DNA of 62,425 bases, counting the filler, from Choristocarpus tenellus KU-1152 (lineage: Eukaryota; Protista; Phaeophyceae), in NCBI GenBank assembly GCA_964200185.2. It is 9 parts of 9 records of this genome, joined end to end, with 100 filler letters (N's around TTAATTAATTAA, not from the genome) between each part and the next. Parts side by side here need not be neighbours in the genome. Positions count along the whole stretch, not along the records: positions 33,355 to 43,030 come from CAXNAD020003480.1; positions 43,131 to 46,822 come from CAXNAD020018487.1; positions 46,923 to 50,883 come from CAXNAD020016917.1; positions 50,984 to 53,657 come from CAXNAD020025747.1; 5 more parts are not named here. One strand, 5' to 3'. Numbering within the stretch: position 1 is the first letter of the stretch; each line of letters begins with the position of its first letter. The position numbers and the translations under genes are program-made. This document shows, in pieces, positions 39,900 to 52,441 of this stretch. The notes under the pieces were generated by a model. The model worked only from the letters and a program-made list of their open reading frames with translations, made no database searches and was not told where the DNA came from.

Positions 39900-42700
39900 C
39901 GGACCCACAATGCTCCACATTGAAATCAGCACTGTGCACGCATATAGGTGAGAATCCCTCGCGATGATCTACCCCTCAACACAAACTTGCCCATCCAACG
40001 ACACGGCGTCAAAGTTCAAAGGACCTTGACGAGGGCAAGCAAAAAGGCGGGAAGATCGTGGCTGGCCAACGACATTCTGTCCAAAAAGCCAAAAAATGTC
40101 CACAACAGAGCGGCGACAAATTTTTCCCGATGTGAATAAGTTGGCTAGTTTAGTTGATGGCATGTGGAGTACATGCAAGGTCTGTATCACTTCCCCCCTC
40201 CCTCGCATTCAGCGCACGGTTTTGTTGATAGAAAAAAAAGTTTTGGAAGTTTGTTTGTTTTTTTCCAAGTAAGACGTCAGAATCTCCTCCAGTACAACAC
40301 AACAATATATCTATGTTTTTCGCTTAAGCGCACATCAGACAGGCACTTACCAACGGAGAGGTCAAGACAAAAACCAGCTGAGATGCAGTTAGTAATACCA
40401 AGTGCAATCCCCGTCATGTTCCGATCAGTATACAAAAGCACACTTTGACAACCAGATTGAGTGTGGACAACTTCCCCCTTACAAACAAAGGAAATGACAA
40501 CCCCTACACCACGCACAAGCAGCACACAACATACATACCCTGAGTATACAACGATCAGATGTGGTCAACCATTAAAAAAACCCGCCATCAGGTTGGCACC
40601 AGGCCAGCATTGCCAAGTCCTGGCTGTGAGCCGTCCTCGTTGAAGTAAGCCCGCATAGCATCAACCTCTATCTGTCTGCACAGTGCGCTTTTTGTCTTGA
40701 ACCATTTGATGAGGGGACTGGCAACCTGTTCCAGTCATTTTGGAAGGCACACATTTGATAAAAGGGGAGCATATACAACAGTCACTGTGACCGCACTCCC
40801 GTTAAAAACTTCAGGCTCATAAGTCAAACCTTTCCATTCAATAGTTACATTCTGCGGATTGAATGATGAAAAATGGTAATGTGTAAGGGTTCTGTGCCTC
40901 ATTCTTGATGCCATATACTGATCCATGTACTACTTCTCCCTGTTCCTCATGATTGAACAAGTCGGTCCAATGATTGCTGTAAGCAACAGCAATCCCTAGG
41001 GGTGAAAATACTTCATCGAATCAGATGGGGCATGTATGAATGGGGGTGACTCAAAAAACGCATTTACCATACCCCACATGTTCACTCAAATCGGGAAGGA
41101 GATATGTACCAAGTATAATCATGTTGTGGACGAGGAAAGAGCAGTAGCTAACCAGACCACCAGTATCAAGACTATACCCACCTTGAGGGCAATAGTCGGT
41201 CCAATAGGAATGTTGACATTAAAATCCACCTGCTTCTTGTACAGGGTAATCGCAGGGTCTGATTCTGATGCAGACCACACTGAAGAATCGACTACACTTC
41301 CCATCTTACGGTGACTGGTGTTTGTGCCCCACTCTGCTAACACCTGAGGTTGAACACAGCAGTATAAGAATTCCACCACCAGAATAAAAGTCATATTCCA
41401 GGTGAAGAGAATGAAAGCGGGGACGTAGCACGCATTCTCTGAGTCATACGGTCAGGTATTCAACCAGATCAGGTAAGATGCAACTTGCGATACACGGATA
41501 CACTGGCCTTATGATTCCCCCGTGTTACCTCTAAAAGGACGACCACTAGTCAGTGCTTCATACCCCAGGTACCTGCTTTTCATTGTCGATGCTCACAATG
41601 TCGTCCCAGACCACCGTTTTACTCAGCAACAGCCGTGCATACCATGGCATCATCACTGTATAACGGTATCTGCATTTTCACGCCACAGTGTACCCCAGGG
41701 AGATCAAGTAAGGATAAATTAATTATGACGATGGCAACAGAGCATATTCATGACCACCCTAAAAGAGGAACTTCCCGCATTGACCTGCTGGGTTTCCAAA
41801 TAGATGGGCATTGTTGACGAAGGGCTTTAAAAAAAGAAATCGTAGGGATCACCCCCGTTTTCCCACGATGTCCCCCAGTCATATAGAAATCAAAATCTCA
41901 ACAATATCATAGTCATCCATATCTGGAGGGAATTTGACCTAGAATAGCAGAGGATTCTTACTCCAACAAAACGAAACCGAAACAGTCCACCCTGACACTG
42001 GCCCACCCTGGAAGACCGATTAGTGAGGAACTATGTGGTGGTGTCTCACATGCTGCCGTCTACCTCAAGATTCACAGCATCATCTGGCGGACCTTTCTTC
42101 TTCTCCATCAACACAAAGGAAGACACAGTCTTCCAGGGAAAGGGATATCTGCAAGGGAGAAAGAAGAAGTAGGAATGTGTTTCACTGATAATCCACCTCA
42201 GAGGGCTTACCAAGATGTCTACAGCACGATTGCAACTGAACGACAGCCATTGGATCTATCTTGCATCTTTCAGTAGATCCAAGAAAATGGTGCCTTGTCC
42301 TATTCCCAGTCTCCCCTCGAGCTCTTCCTTCTCGCTGATGCATCGAATATCCCACAGAAACGCACATGGTAACATGCCTCACCTAAAGTCCATGTGGAAG
42401 GTAACAAGAGCTGGCTTTGCCGTGACCGGCGATATTGACATCAGTGCGAGGAGCTGCCGGGACACTACCATTGGAATTCAAAGAGATTCAACAGGTCGCT
42501 CTATCGCCACACGAGACACTCTTCGAACAGCGTCCCCTTTTCAAGTCGATGTAGAACACTGGTGCCGAGCTTAATGTCAACGAAGTACTGGTCAAACAAT
42601 TTGCGCCATCAACACTTGGGATTAGCAATGCCAGATCCTTCGTTACCGATGTACGCTCCGCATAAAAAGTTGCAAAGTCTCGTTAGCGCAATCCCAAACC
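39900..42700 (-). mobile_element. Highly degenerate Ty3/Gypsy LTR-retrotransposon relic (boundaries approximate)
   Basis: Minus-strand remnants: MPIYL...NAGSSSFRVVMN (~41750-41810); LYSDDAMV (YxDD at 41649-41660); RYLGY (~41560-41575); SASESDPAITLY (RNaseH-like, ~41240-41275); RLFACPRQGPL (GPY/F-like, ~40015-40050). Confidence 0.5.
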
Positions 42701-43130
42701 CCCATTCACACTAACCCGCACAAAAGTAAACCAACAAGTACTTACTTCCACTACTACTACTACTAGTTTTAAAGTGATTTGTAGGGAATCGGTCCGATTC
42801 GATATCGAGTTAATATCGAAACTAACAATATTGGGACATTTGTGAATCGTGTGATTCTTCTGTGGCGGCGTAGTTCACTCAGGCAAGACGGACCACACGA
42901 ACAAGGACGAACCGTGACCAAGGGTAAGAGGTTAAGGTTGGACAAGTGCAAACTTAGAAGTGATGAGCACCATCGAAGGTGGGGCTTCATCACCACCAGT
43001 CAAGACGTGAGAATAAAGTGGATCTTCCATNNNNNNNNNNNNNNNNNNNNNNNNNNNNNNNNNNNNNNNNNNNNTTAATTAATTAANNNNNNNNNNNNNN
43101 NNNNNNNNNNNNNNNNNNNNNNNNNNNNNN

Positions 43131-43290
43131 GGGGGGAGGGTCTACACCAGGGTGTCCATTTGGGTTAAAATAAGGAAAAGTGTATTTGCATTATCCCTCC
43201 GGCGTATGCAACCAAATCACCCAAAATCTCGACATGAAAAAAATTGACCCCAAATGGACAGCCGCCACCCCCCCTCAAATAATTTGAGTC
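43131..43290. mobile_element. MITE family B, reverse orientation, truncated by linker
   Basis: Reverse complement of the 33033 element: CAGGGTGTCCATTT...GACCCCAAATGGACAGCCGCCACCCCC...TTTGAGTC. Confidence 0.75.
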
Positions 43291-43521
43291 ACATCAAGGC
43301 AATTTCGGTTGGAACGGGTTCAGGACGTTTATTAACCTTTCCTGTGTTATAACCCCTTCATTAGTGGCTACACAGATGGGTTCTAGTTGGAATGTGCACA
43401 GCATCAAGATTCACAAAGAAAAATAACAGGAATGGTAGGCATCTGAGGGAAAGGCGAAGTAACTAACTGCTCAAGGTACAGTAAATTAAGGTTGATCTCT
43501 TCGTGGTAACACAAGATTCAC

Positions 43522-46139
43522 CTTCACATGCTTGACCTGGGTTATGTCTTCGCCCCTAGTACTTATGACGCCCTTCACTTTTTCCTGTTCGTTGTCCTTG
43601 TCACCATGCCTCTCTTTTTGATCTTGCACCTTTTCATCCTCCATTTCGATCTTGGCCTTCTCAATAGTCACAGAGACTGTCAATGTCCCCGATGTTGTCA
43701 ACTCCTCATCACCCTGCTTACTTAAAGGGGCTATCTCATTTCCCTCTCCCCTTAGGCAAGGCCGTTGAAGCTCCAAGGTCCACAAGGTCACCCTCAATCC
43801 GCTGCCCTCTCTGCCTGCATTCATCAGGGTGCTAACTGGAAGCACAGCCTGACCAATCAGATCACTCTTTTCAATCATCGCCTCATTCCACATCTCCAGC
43901 AAGATTGTGGGTGTGTGTGAGAGCAACTTTGGCCCTTGGTGATGACATTTTTCTACTTGAGAAGAAGTAAATGTCACAAGCCCAGTCACCTCCCTTTCTC
44001 CTGGAACTCCTAGTTCCTCTGTTCCCGCATTTAAGACAGCAGCATGCCACCCATGTCCAATGGCTGGCTCTGTTCCTCCCCAAGGCGCTGTCTCCTCCGA
44101 TCCTCCCATGCCCTTCGCATTTGCACCCAATCCTGTACCTCTGTCTACCCCTGTTCCAGATGTTTCTCGTGTTGCCACCCCAATCTGCCTTCCGAACCAT
44201 CCTCCAACTCTGGATCTAGCCTTTGCCTCCAAAGTCTTTGTTTGGTCTTCTACTTTGTCCTTACGGGAACTGTCGTGCTTAAAGTGCGATAGTGGTATGC
44301 GAAACTCCTCACAATCAGTGTCCCATATCGGCTCAAGACTTTTGTACACAGTCTTGGTGCGTCCAAGTTCCTCTCCACCCACATAGATCACACAGAAAGG
44401 GTTGCACCTTCCACTGAGGTCACTCGTTGTCTTCAGAACAAAACGGTAGTTTGATGGAGTTGCAACAGGGAGAATGAAAAAGATGTTTGGAGTGTTATGT
44501 TGTGCTTGTATGTGATTGAGTATTGATGTAAACACTTCATATGGCAACGTGGAAAGGGAACAATCTCCACTGTATTGAAAGTGGCAAAACCAAAACACCA
44601 CTACTTTGAGCTTAGACAACTTATGTTCTCTTTCATACAGCAATGGGGAGAGCATAAGCCGTATCTGCACTACATAAAATATTGCAATAGTAATTTTGAT
44701 ATATTTTTCCCAATAACCAGATGAAAGACAGCAAATCCTTCCGCACTTAGCTAAGGAGCATGAGAACAGTAGACGATATACTTTATCCACTCAAAGATCG
44801 CTTTCAGCCTGGTGATTCCTCAATGATGTGGTACAGTGGAGGGTAGTGAACAAACACCCCCTGCATTATGACAGTCATGATATAGTGTATATGATTGTGA
44901 TGTTCCTAGCGAGTTGGATCTTGGTGTGTAACATGACTAGGGTCTACTACGCAATGGGAGGCGGATAGAAGAATAAATCAGAGTGTTTCTTTGACTCCCT
45001 AAAAGCAAGAAGTGATACAAAACGCACCAGTCCTTCTGCCTCATGCACCCTCAGGACTAGTAGTTCTGGAACAATGTTAGAACTTATCCCATTTTCATTC
45101 TCCTCCTTCTCCAGGGGGTTGCCCCCTCCAATACCACCCCCATCGCTGAATCTACTTCCATTCTTCTCACACATGCTTTCTGCCTTGACACAGTCAATAT
45201 TGGCGTCTTTGCTCTCTTCGCTCATCTCTTGCACCTGGTCCTCTGACATTGGAGGCAGGTCCGAGATAGTGTAATCTCGAAAGATTAATGACATACCTAA
45301 GCCAATAAGACCAAAGTCCTCCTTGGATGTTTGGTCGGTCTCTTCCAGGCAGTGTAGTCTTGCAGGCTGCTGCCTGGTGCCATTAGTGTCCACTCTACCT
45401 CCTCTATAAGACATAGAAGGGGTTCCCACTGGGCCGTGAAGGTGGAAAGGGTGGTAGTGGAAGGGGATCCGTTTGAGGATGGAAGGAGGTATTGAGACTT
45501 GGCCGAGTTGAACGTCCAGAGGTGAACTTGTATGACCTTGAGCACCATTTACAACCACCTCGTTTGAATCAGTGTTTTGCTGCACACAGTTAAATAGTTC
45601 AACTTTGAGATTGAACTCCTCCCCCCTGATTCACAACGGCATGAGGTGGGAAAGGGGGTCATATAGGATGAAAGTATGCTGTTCCATGCAAACTATCAAA
45701 GTGCAGATGTGACACTGCAAGGGTATAACACTGCATCTCACCTTACCATGCCGTTGCATTCCATGTATTTACTTCGCACATTCACACAATAATGTGTCCA
45801 TGCTCTTATCGGGCAGAGACATGCATATTTAATACATGATCTCAACGGAGAGGAGGCACACGGTTGTGTGTGGTTATGAGAGTTGTCTCATGCTCTACTG
45901 TTAGTCGTATCAGCTCACTTCATTTTTTGGAAGTACTGAGGTGCTGTCAGTTCCCAAGCTCCTTGTGGAGGTGAGAGGAGCTTCGTCCTGAAGCACTCTC
46001 CAGTCCATAGTGGTTGGGTACTGCCCCAGGCTATGGTTGATCTCCCAAACGCTTCACCATTGAGGGAGAGGACAACATACGGATTACTACCCCCCTGAGC
46101 CTCCACCTTTACAAGGCGGTGGGCATCAATGACTTCAAC
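43522..46139 (-). CDS. Multi-C2-domain protein, internal fragment (at least two C2 domains)
   Basis: Phase-compatible minus-strand exons 46139-45919, 45625-45028, 44430-43522. C2 #1: VEVIDAHRLVKVEAQGGSNPYVVLSLNGEAFGRSTIAWGSTQPLW...LKVELFN...LGQVSIP. C2 #2: LVLRVHEAEGL|TTSDLSGRCNPFCVIYVGGEELGRTKTVYKSLEPIWD...ILLEMWNEAMIEKSDLIGQAVLP...GTLTVSV. Confidence 0.85.
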
Positions 46140-46265
46140 CTGGGTCATCGGAGGGGGTAAGAAAGGAGGTTTTGTGGGTTTTGTGGAGATGGGTAGACAT
46201 CAGATGTGTCAGAATAGGGAGGTTGGAAAGAATGCTCCTGTGTACTGACTGAAGATGTAACGAAA

Positions 46266-46523
46266 GAGTGAAAGTAGCTTAGATGGTACAAGTTTTGCCC
46301 TGTTTGTCCATTTGGGACTTGGCTTGCCATGGGTTTCTTATGACATTTTCTCATTCCAAAATGTTTAGGAGTAGGTGAAATGTATATGTTATGAAAAGGT
46401 GTGTCCGAAACATAGATATTAACACTTCCTAACAAAAATGATATCCAGAATTACATTAAAATCGCAACATTGGATTTTGACCCCCAAACGGACGAGGCTC
46501 TACCCTCTAAGATACTTTGGCCC
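46266..46523. mobile_element. MITE family A, ~255 bp, full-length copy
   Basis: Ends GAGTGAAAGTAGCTTAG...CTAAGATACTTTGGCCC, flanked by AAA on both sides. Internal sequence homologous to the copies at 49084, 57465 and 58531. Confidence 0.85.
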
Positions 46524-46584
46524 AAATGCATTGGTAGAAAATTTTGGTGAGGTACAGTAGGGCCAAAAAGTAGATTCCATCAGT

Positions 46585-46760
46585 GGCTCAAATTATCTGC
46601 GGGGGGGCGAGCGGCTGTTCATTCAGGGCCCATTTTTCCAAGTCGCGATGTTTTGGTGATTTGGTTGCATGCGTCGGATGGATAATTTAAGTGCACTTCT
46701 CCTGGTCAAGGCCCAAATGGACACCCTGGTGTAGACCCCCCCCCCCAGACAATTCCGGCC
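46585..46760. mobile_element. MITE family B copy
   Basis: GGCTCAAATTATCTGCGGGGGGG...TTGCATGCGTCGGATGGATAAT...AAATGGACACCCTGGTGTAGACCCCC. Confidence 0.75.
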
Positions 46761-46922
46761 AGGCGTTTTTCCCTTGGGTGGGTAGGACACAAGGGGGAGA
46801 GAAAAGCCTATTGTGGTTGTTCNNNNNNNNNNNNNNNNNNNNNNNNNNNNNNNNNNNNNNNNNNNNTTAATTAATTAANNNNNNNNNNNNNNNNNNNNNN
46901 NNNNNNNNNNNNNNNNNNNNNN

Positions 46923-47108
46923 CACCCAAAAATCGCGACATGAAAAAATTGACCCCAAATGGACAGCCGCCACCCCCCTAAGATACTTTGAGCCTCTAGG
47001 TAACTGTGTTCACACAGAAAACCGAAAAAGGGCATAAAAAAAACTTTGGAAGCCAAGTCCCAAACGGGCAACAGGGGAAAACTCCTACCCTCTTAAACAT
47101 TTTCGCTC
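46923..47108. mobile_element. Partial MITE B end followed by partial MITE A end (nested or adjacent)
   Basis: B end ...CCCCCCTAAGATACTTTGAGCC finishes at 46994. An A-type end follows: CCAAACGGGCAACAGGGGAAAACTCCTACCCTCTTAAACATTTTCGCTC. Confidence 0.6.
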
Positions 47109-48825
47109 ATAAGGAGGGAAAAGATTCAGGGCACAGGAAAGGTTGAAGAAGAATTAGTTTGTCCTACGGACTATATGCTTGATGTAACAATAGGACATTT
47201 CAGTGACAGAGTATGTACATTATAATTGGTGCGTGTAACATTGACTACTACTACAGTCTCTGCTCTGTTGGTACGATGGTGGTACTGGTAACAGACACGG
47301 ATGGTTTGATGGACAGAGAATACTTGGTTTTATACCGTGCATACATGAGAGAGCCAGTACTACTGAAAACATACAGATGCAAAACGGATGCGTGGAAAGG
47401 AATTACTTGGATTTACACTGTGTATGTGTCAGGGGCACAAAAAGGTTGGTTAGGTCCCCTTCTAAGAAAGATGTCTGAGTGGAGCTCGAGAAGCAGAGGT
47501 ACGATTAATGTTTGTGATAGATTTGCTACGGTTGACCCGTTTTTAGAAGCTCTACCATTTTAGAAGGGTAACGAATAAATTAATGGAAAGGTCTGCAGCC
47601 GCACCTAGGGCAACAATGGTTTTAGAGAGCAAACAAGGGCTACGTTTCATGAGTTGTAAGGTACGGAACTGAAGGCAGGGAAGGGAAAAATATTGAAAGA
47701 CAAAATGTCAGGTTTTTCTCGCAAAACCTCCCTCCTACCTATGGTACCAATCAGCCTTGGCAAGACCTTAGGTAGGTGTTTCGACAGGTATCTTCCCACC
47801 AAGTAAATTGTATGATGCTTATCAGGAGTGAACAATCCAGAGTATACAAAAGAAAGGTCCTGGTTTAATCAAGCATTTGAAATGTCGCTATTAATTTCTA
47901 TCAAGCAGTGTGCACAGTCACGGTGGTAAACCATGTTAAACTGAATATTTTATGGTGGTTCTTATTTTTGTATTAGTTTCTATAACATGCATTTTACGGG
48001 GTGGCTTGCACTCAAGCCTTCTTATCATACCACCAAACGCATATTATGCAACTTGGTATTTTCAAGTCCTTCAGTAGTTGCCGTTGTAAGAGCATCATCT
48101 CTCATACAACAAACCAATATGGAAAAATTAAAAACATGCGCTGCTTCTTCATGCTGCACACGATTAAAATATTTAAATAGTCTCAACACTTACTGAAGTG
48201 GACCATATGCTTCGCGTGTTCCACGCCAAAATCTGTGAGAACTAAATGTTACTTTGAAACTTGTGTCATTCGTCAGTCTTTCATCTCCCTCATACCGAAA
48301 GCTTGCCCCGCACAGCTAGAAGCAGTCCTCCCCCCTCCCAATGATGACATCAGATCTACCCTCGAACGACTGTATCACCTTCTCCGAGAAAAAAATGCCA
48401 AATTGCGGTGCAACTTCCTCTCCCCTAGACCACAACAACAATGATAACAATGCACATTCTCTATCAAATTTCATAAAAGAACTTAAAAATTGATGGACAA
48501 TACTGCATACTTTAAGTACACTCAATGGTGTAAATGGGGAAGTGACGACCACCCTTGCACTAACTACACATCACAAAATACAAAAAATGGCTATATATAC
48601 AAAAGATCGCTCGTCTTTTCGATTTATTCACAGCACTTGCTCGTTCAGTTGCAGGCTGACAATGCTGAGTTGGAAGTAATGGAAGAAGATGTCCACCACA
48701 TCAGTTCATGCTCGCCGTACATACTCTACGATTTTGGAGGTAGTGTTTATGTGTTGAAGGTGTCTCAACACAGTACGGTGAGGCAGCACAAAACATGGCA
48801 CAACACCAACCCACCCACAAACTGC

Positions 48826-50580
48826 TTATCCCACATATATCATCACATGATTGATACTGATCCATCTATTCCCAAGGTTCCTGGCAATCAGCTGCACTGA
48901 TGTGACATTGGATGCATTAACATAGTAGTCCTCATACCCCAGGGTGTTGCCCGAACTAGTGAAGTAGCCATCGTACACTCCATTGATGTACACGTCAAGT
49001 GAGCGTATACGTTCATCACCTTTGTAGAATGCTGTGAGAAGATGTTGGCACGAGGTGTCCATTGTATAGGGATTATATTTAGTGAGTCAAAGTATCTTAG
49101 AGGGTAGAGCCGCGTCCATCCAGGGGCCAAAATCCGATGTGGCATTTTTGTGATTTTGGCTATCGTATTTGCTAGGAAGTATCAATATCCTTGTTCTGAA
49201 CACACCTTGTCATAAAGAATAAAATTTACCTACTTTGATACATTTTGGAGTAGGAAGATGTCTTAAGAAAACCTATGGTAAGCTAAGCCCCAAATGGACA
49301 AACAGGGCAAAACTTGTGCCCGCTAAGATACTTTCACTCAGTGCGATAAGGACATAAAATGAATATATTCAATATTTGCTGTTAACTACACTATTCATGC
49401 CACGCCTTATCTACCGACTGTATATATATGTATATATTTGGACTCACACATACGGATGAGGCTGAGGGTGGCTGCTGCACTCGAGAAACGGTAAGTAATG
49501 CTGCACACACCCCCACTTACTGCCGAGTTGTTACAGGACCAACGGCTGGTATCATCGTCGTAGTCCCCCAACTTTGATGGTAGAGAGTACATAAACGAGA
49601 TCGGGGTTCAGAGCTTGGTTGAGAGCGCTACCCAGTCTGGACTGTGTCAGATGATTGCATGTGTTTTTAATATCTGGGTTCTTTTGGTGACCAGGTGCTG
49701 CCTATGGCAGCAGCGTGTGATTTGTGTCTACTTTATGGAGGTGCATCTTTGAGTCCCTTGTATCCCAATAGTCCAGCACAAAGATTTGAGGGAGACAGAG
49801 CAACGAGCGGTGGGATGGCTCAACCCAATCCATGAAAAGCAAGGCCCAGAAATTAAGGCAATGTAATAAGTGTAGTACAAGAGTTGGAAACGGTATTTCG
49901 TGTGACTGCCAGTGCATTATGTAGTGCGTTCAAGTATATTTTAGGATAATCCTTATGCTACAGAGAAAAAATAGCAATAATGATGGCAATGACAATAATA
50001 TACAACATAGTACTTTCTTAATCCAACAGCTCACTTACTCTGGTAAGAGAAGGAAGGCAGGGCCCATCGCATCCAGCTGTTGCACGGGTATCATACCATG
50101 TGGCACTTGCTGTCACGTTGCTGCTGGTATCACCAATCTCATCACCCTTAATTGCAAGGGACATAACCTATCGCGATTGAAGCACAGTTGGAGGGGGGAC
50201 AGGGGAATGAGAATTGGTTCCGATCAGAGAATTGAGCCTAAAGCTGCACATTGCTCTACATAGAGCATTGCCAACCACATTGTTGACTGCAGCAATTTAA
50301 CATCACCCCAACCTGCATTGTTCAACAATGGCACACGCACGCACGATACCCTTCACAATACATGTGGGCATACTCCATCATACCTCTGTGAGGCTGAACC
50401 ATTCAAGGGGATCTTCGCTCGGTGTGGCGAGGATGGTGACCTCCTTGGTCTTAAAATCTACTGGAAATTCTTCAAGTCCGAGGTACTGCCCAGCACTTTC
50501 TGAGAATTCTGTCTCGTCCATAGCCACCCCCTCACTGAGGATCTGGAATCTACGTGTTCGAGTGTCACCCAAGTAGAAAC
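48826..50580 (-). CDS. Protein with tandem discoidin/CBM32 (F5/8 type C, galactose-binding-like) modules, C-terminal part
   Basis: Phase-compatible exons 50580-50384, 50167-50039, 49571-49448, 49031-48826 (stop). Two homologous modules: FYLGDTRTRRFQI...LEWFSLTEV and GDYDDDTSRWSC...CSITYRF...IRMSFYKGDERIRSLDVYING...SSGNTLGYE...WISINHVMIY*. Both match the CBM32 pattern D...TRWS / AFYKGDxR / SSGxT..E / WxSITEV. Confidence 0.75.
49084..49339. mobile_element. MITE family A, full-length copy in opposite orientation, inside an intron of the CBM32 gene
   Basis: TIRs GAGTCAAAGTATCTTAG / CTAAGATACTTTCACTC (16/17 match). 3-bp TSD AGT at 49081-49083 and 49340-49342. Confidence 0.9.
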
Positions 50581-50983
50581 CTGTTGATGATGTCTTTGTG
50601 TGAAGCTGTTGAACTAGGGTGTACAAAACGGAGTTTTGGGTAGAGGGTGTGCACCTACAGCATGCGCTGTCCAGCACGAATTCTAGGATTGCCTCCTACT
50701 TGAGACTATTGTCTATAGATTAAAAAATATATCAACCCAAGATTTAGTCACTATACAACAACCAAATATTCTACGTCTTACGCAGAACCCACAGTTATCT
50801 CTGGCTCTGAGGATACCTCTAATCACCAGAAGAACGAAGAATCTCAAATGTGGTTGAAGAGTCAAAGTATCTGGGGGGGGGGTNNNNNNNNNNNNNNNNN
50901 NNNNNNNNNNNNNNNNNNNNNNNNNNNTTAATTAATTAANNNNNNNNNNNNNNNNNNNNNNNNNNNNNNNNNNNNNNNNNNNN

Positions 50984-51065
50984 CCAGTCAATTTTGGGTC
51001 AAGCCCATCTTCAATGAAAAGCTCCATCCTCAATTTTTGAGGTCGGCCTTTACTTAGTGTATGTA
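50984..51065. repeat. Dispersed repeat family C fragment
   Basis: TCAATTTTGGGTCAAGCCCATCTTCAATGAAAAGCTCCATCCTCAATTTTT is the near-exact reverse complement of 62375-62425. Confidence 0.7.
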
Positions 51066-52441
51066 CATGCCCCTCCTCTAACGACAACTCTAAATAAGCA
51101 CCTTCATTTGGAAGCCAAAAGCAATACAGAGCAGTAGTAGCATTATGTATCGTATGATGTTGTCACTATGGGTTATTACATGCACCTGGTCTCCAGTAAT
51201 AACACTGGTTGCAAGAGAATTGTGAATGGGCTGGGATGGGATTCTTACAGGCTCCACAAGTAGAATATTATGTGGTTTAGCTCCAATTCACATCTCCATT
51301 AGATGCTTCAAATGGGAGTTTGGTAACCAATTCATAGTCTACCACTTGAGAAGCATAGGGTAGGCAATAGATAGGACTCATGGATGGTGCTGCCGGAGCT
51401 AACTGAGGCCAGTCCGGCACTGATACACTACTAGTATATCACAACAAGAAACAAACAGCATGGTCTACAGCAAATAGTTTTAAGTTGTATACAAGTGCAG
51501 TGGTTTCTATGTGATCGGGGGGACTGTTGACTATGAAACCTGTGGCTCGTTACCCAGGTGAGTGACTCGTTCTGTAATTGTTTCTTTACACCAAACAAAG
51601 CATCAAAAGTAGAGGTACATCAAAATGAACAAGCCTTACACCAGTCACACGGTGTGTGTGCCCCTCCAGGTGGCTGCCCTGTAGTGCATATAGCCACAAT
51701 GTACAGCATGTTTCAATATTCAACAAATAAAAAAACACATCTTAGTGGGAAGGGTGCTGGCCCCCCCATGCCAGAACAATCAATTCATGGGTGTGGTATG
51801 ATACTGATTCCAGCATTGATTCCTGCAGGAACGATCATGTAGGACTTGACATGATATACTGATTCCGTAGAAAGTATTGAGCAACACCAAAGAATGAGTA
51901 GCTACAGAAGAGTTGCTTCCCCACACCAATGTACCTATTCTGTATATCGATGGATCGACCTGAATTACAAGTCAAATTTGACCCAACACCCAAGAAAAAA
52001 AAAGTTTTTAGACCCCTCCATTCTTAGTACTGCACAAATCAACACGCATTTGAAGGCAACAGTACTCCCTGAAACAACACACTCATACACAGACACACAC
52101 TAGGCATGGTGTCTAATGCTGCTACCACTTTGCACACTCACACACACTTGACTACAGGCCCTTCCAACACAGGGGAGATAATACTCCGAGCTCAATATCG
52201 ACACACACACACAGACACAAATGCCCCATTCCTGTCTTCCCGACTCAAGCCAAGCAGCATGGAGACAGGAAACAGCTACTCATTGGCTATCAGTACCCAC
52301 TCTGCAGAGTTGCAGGGTGGGCAAGGCAGTGTGGAGCAGAGGGGGCTAGGATCAAGGTTAGGCAGAGCAGGGTAGGCAGCAAGAGTAAGGGAATGTACAA
52401 CCAACTGGCATCCCACTCGTTTGTGAACACGATTACCCAGA

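Noticed and set aside
48314-48720. Two coding-looking + strand segments (LEAVLPPPNDDIRSTLERLYHLLREKNAKL; LLVQLQADNAELEVMEED)
   Set aside because: I could not join them in frame with canonical sites, and no homology is recognisable. Left unannotated.
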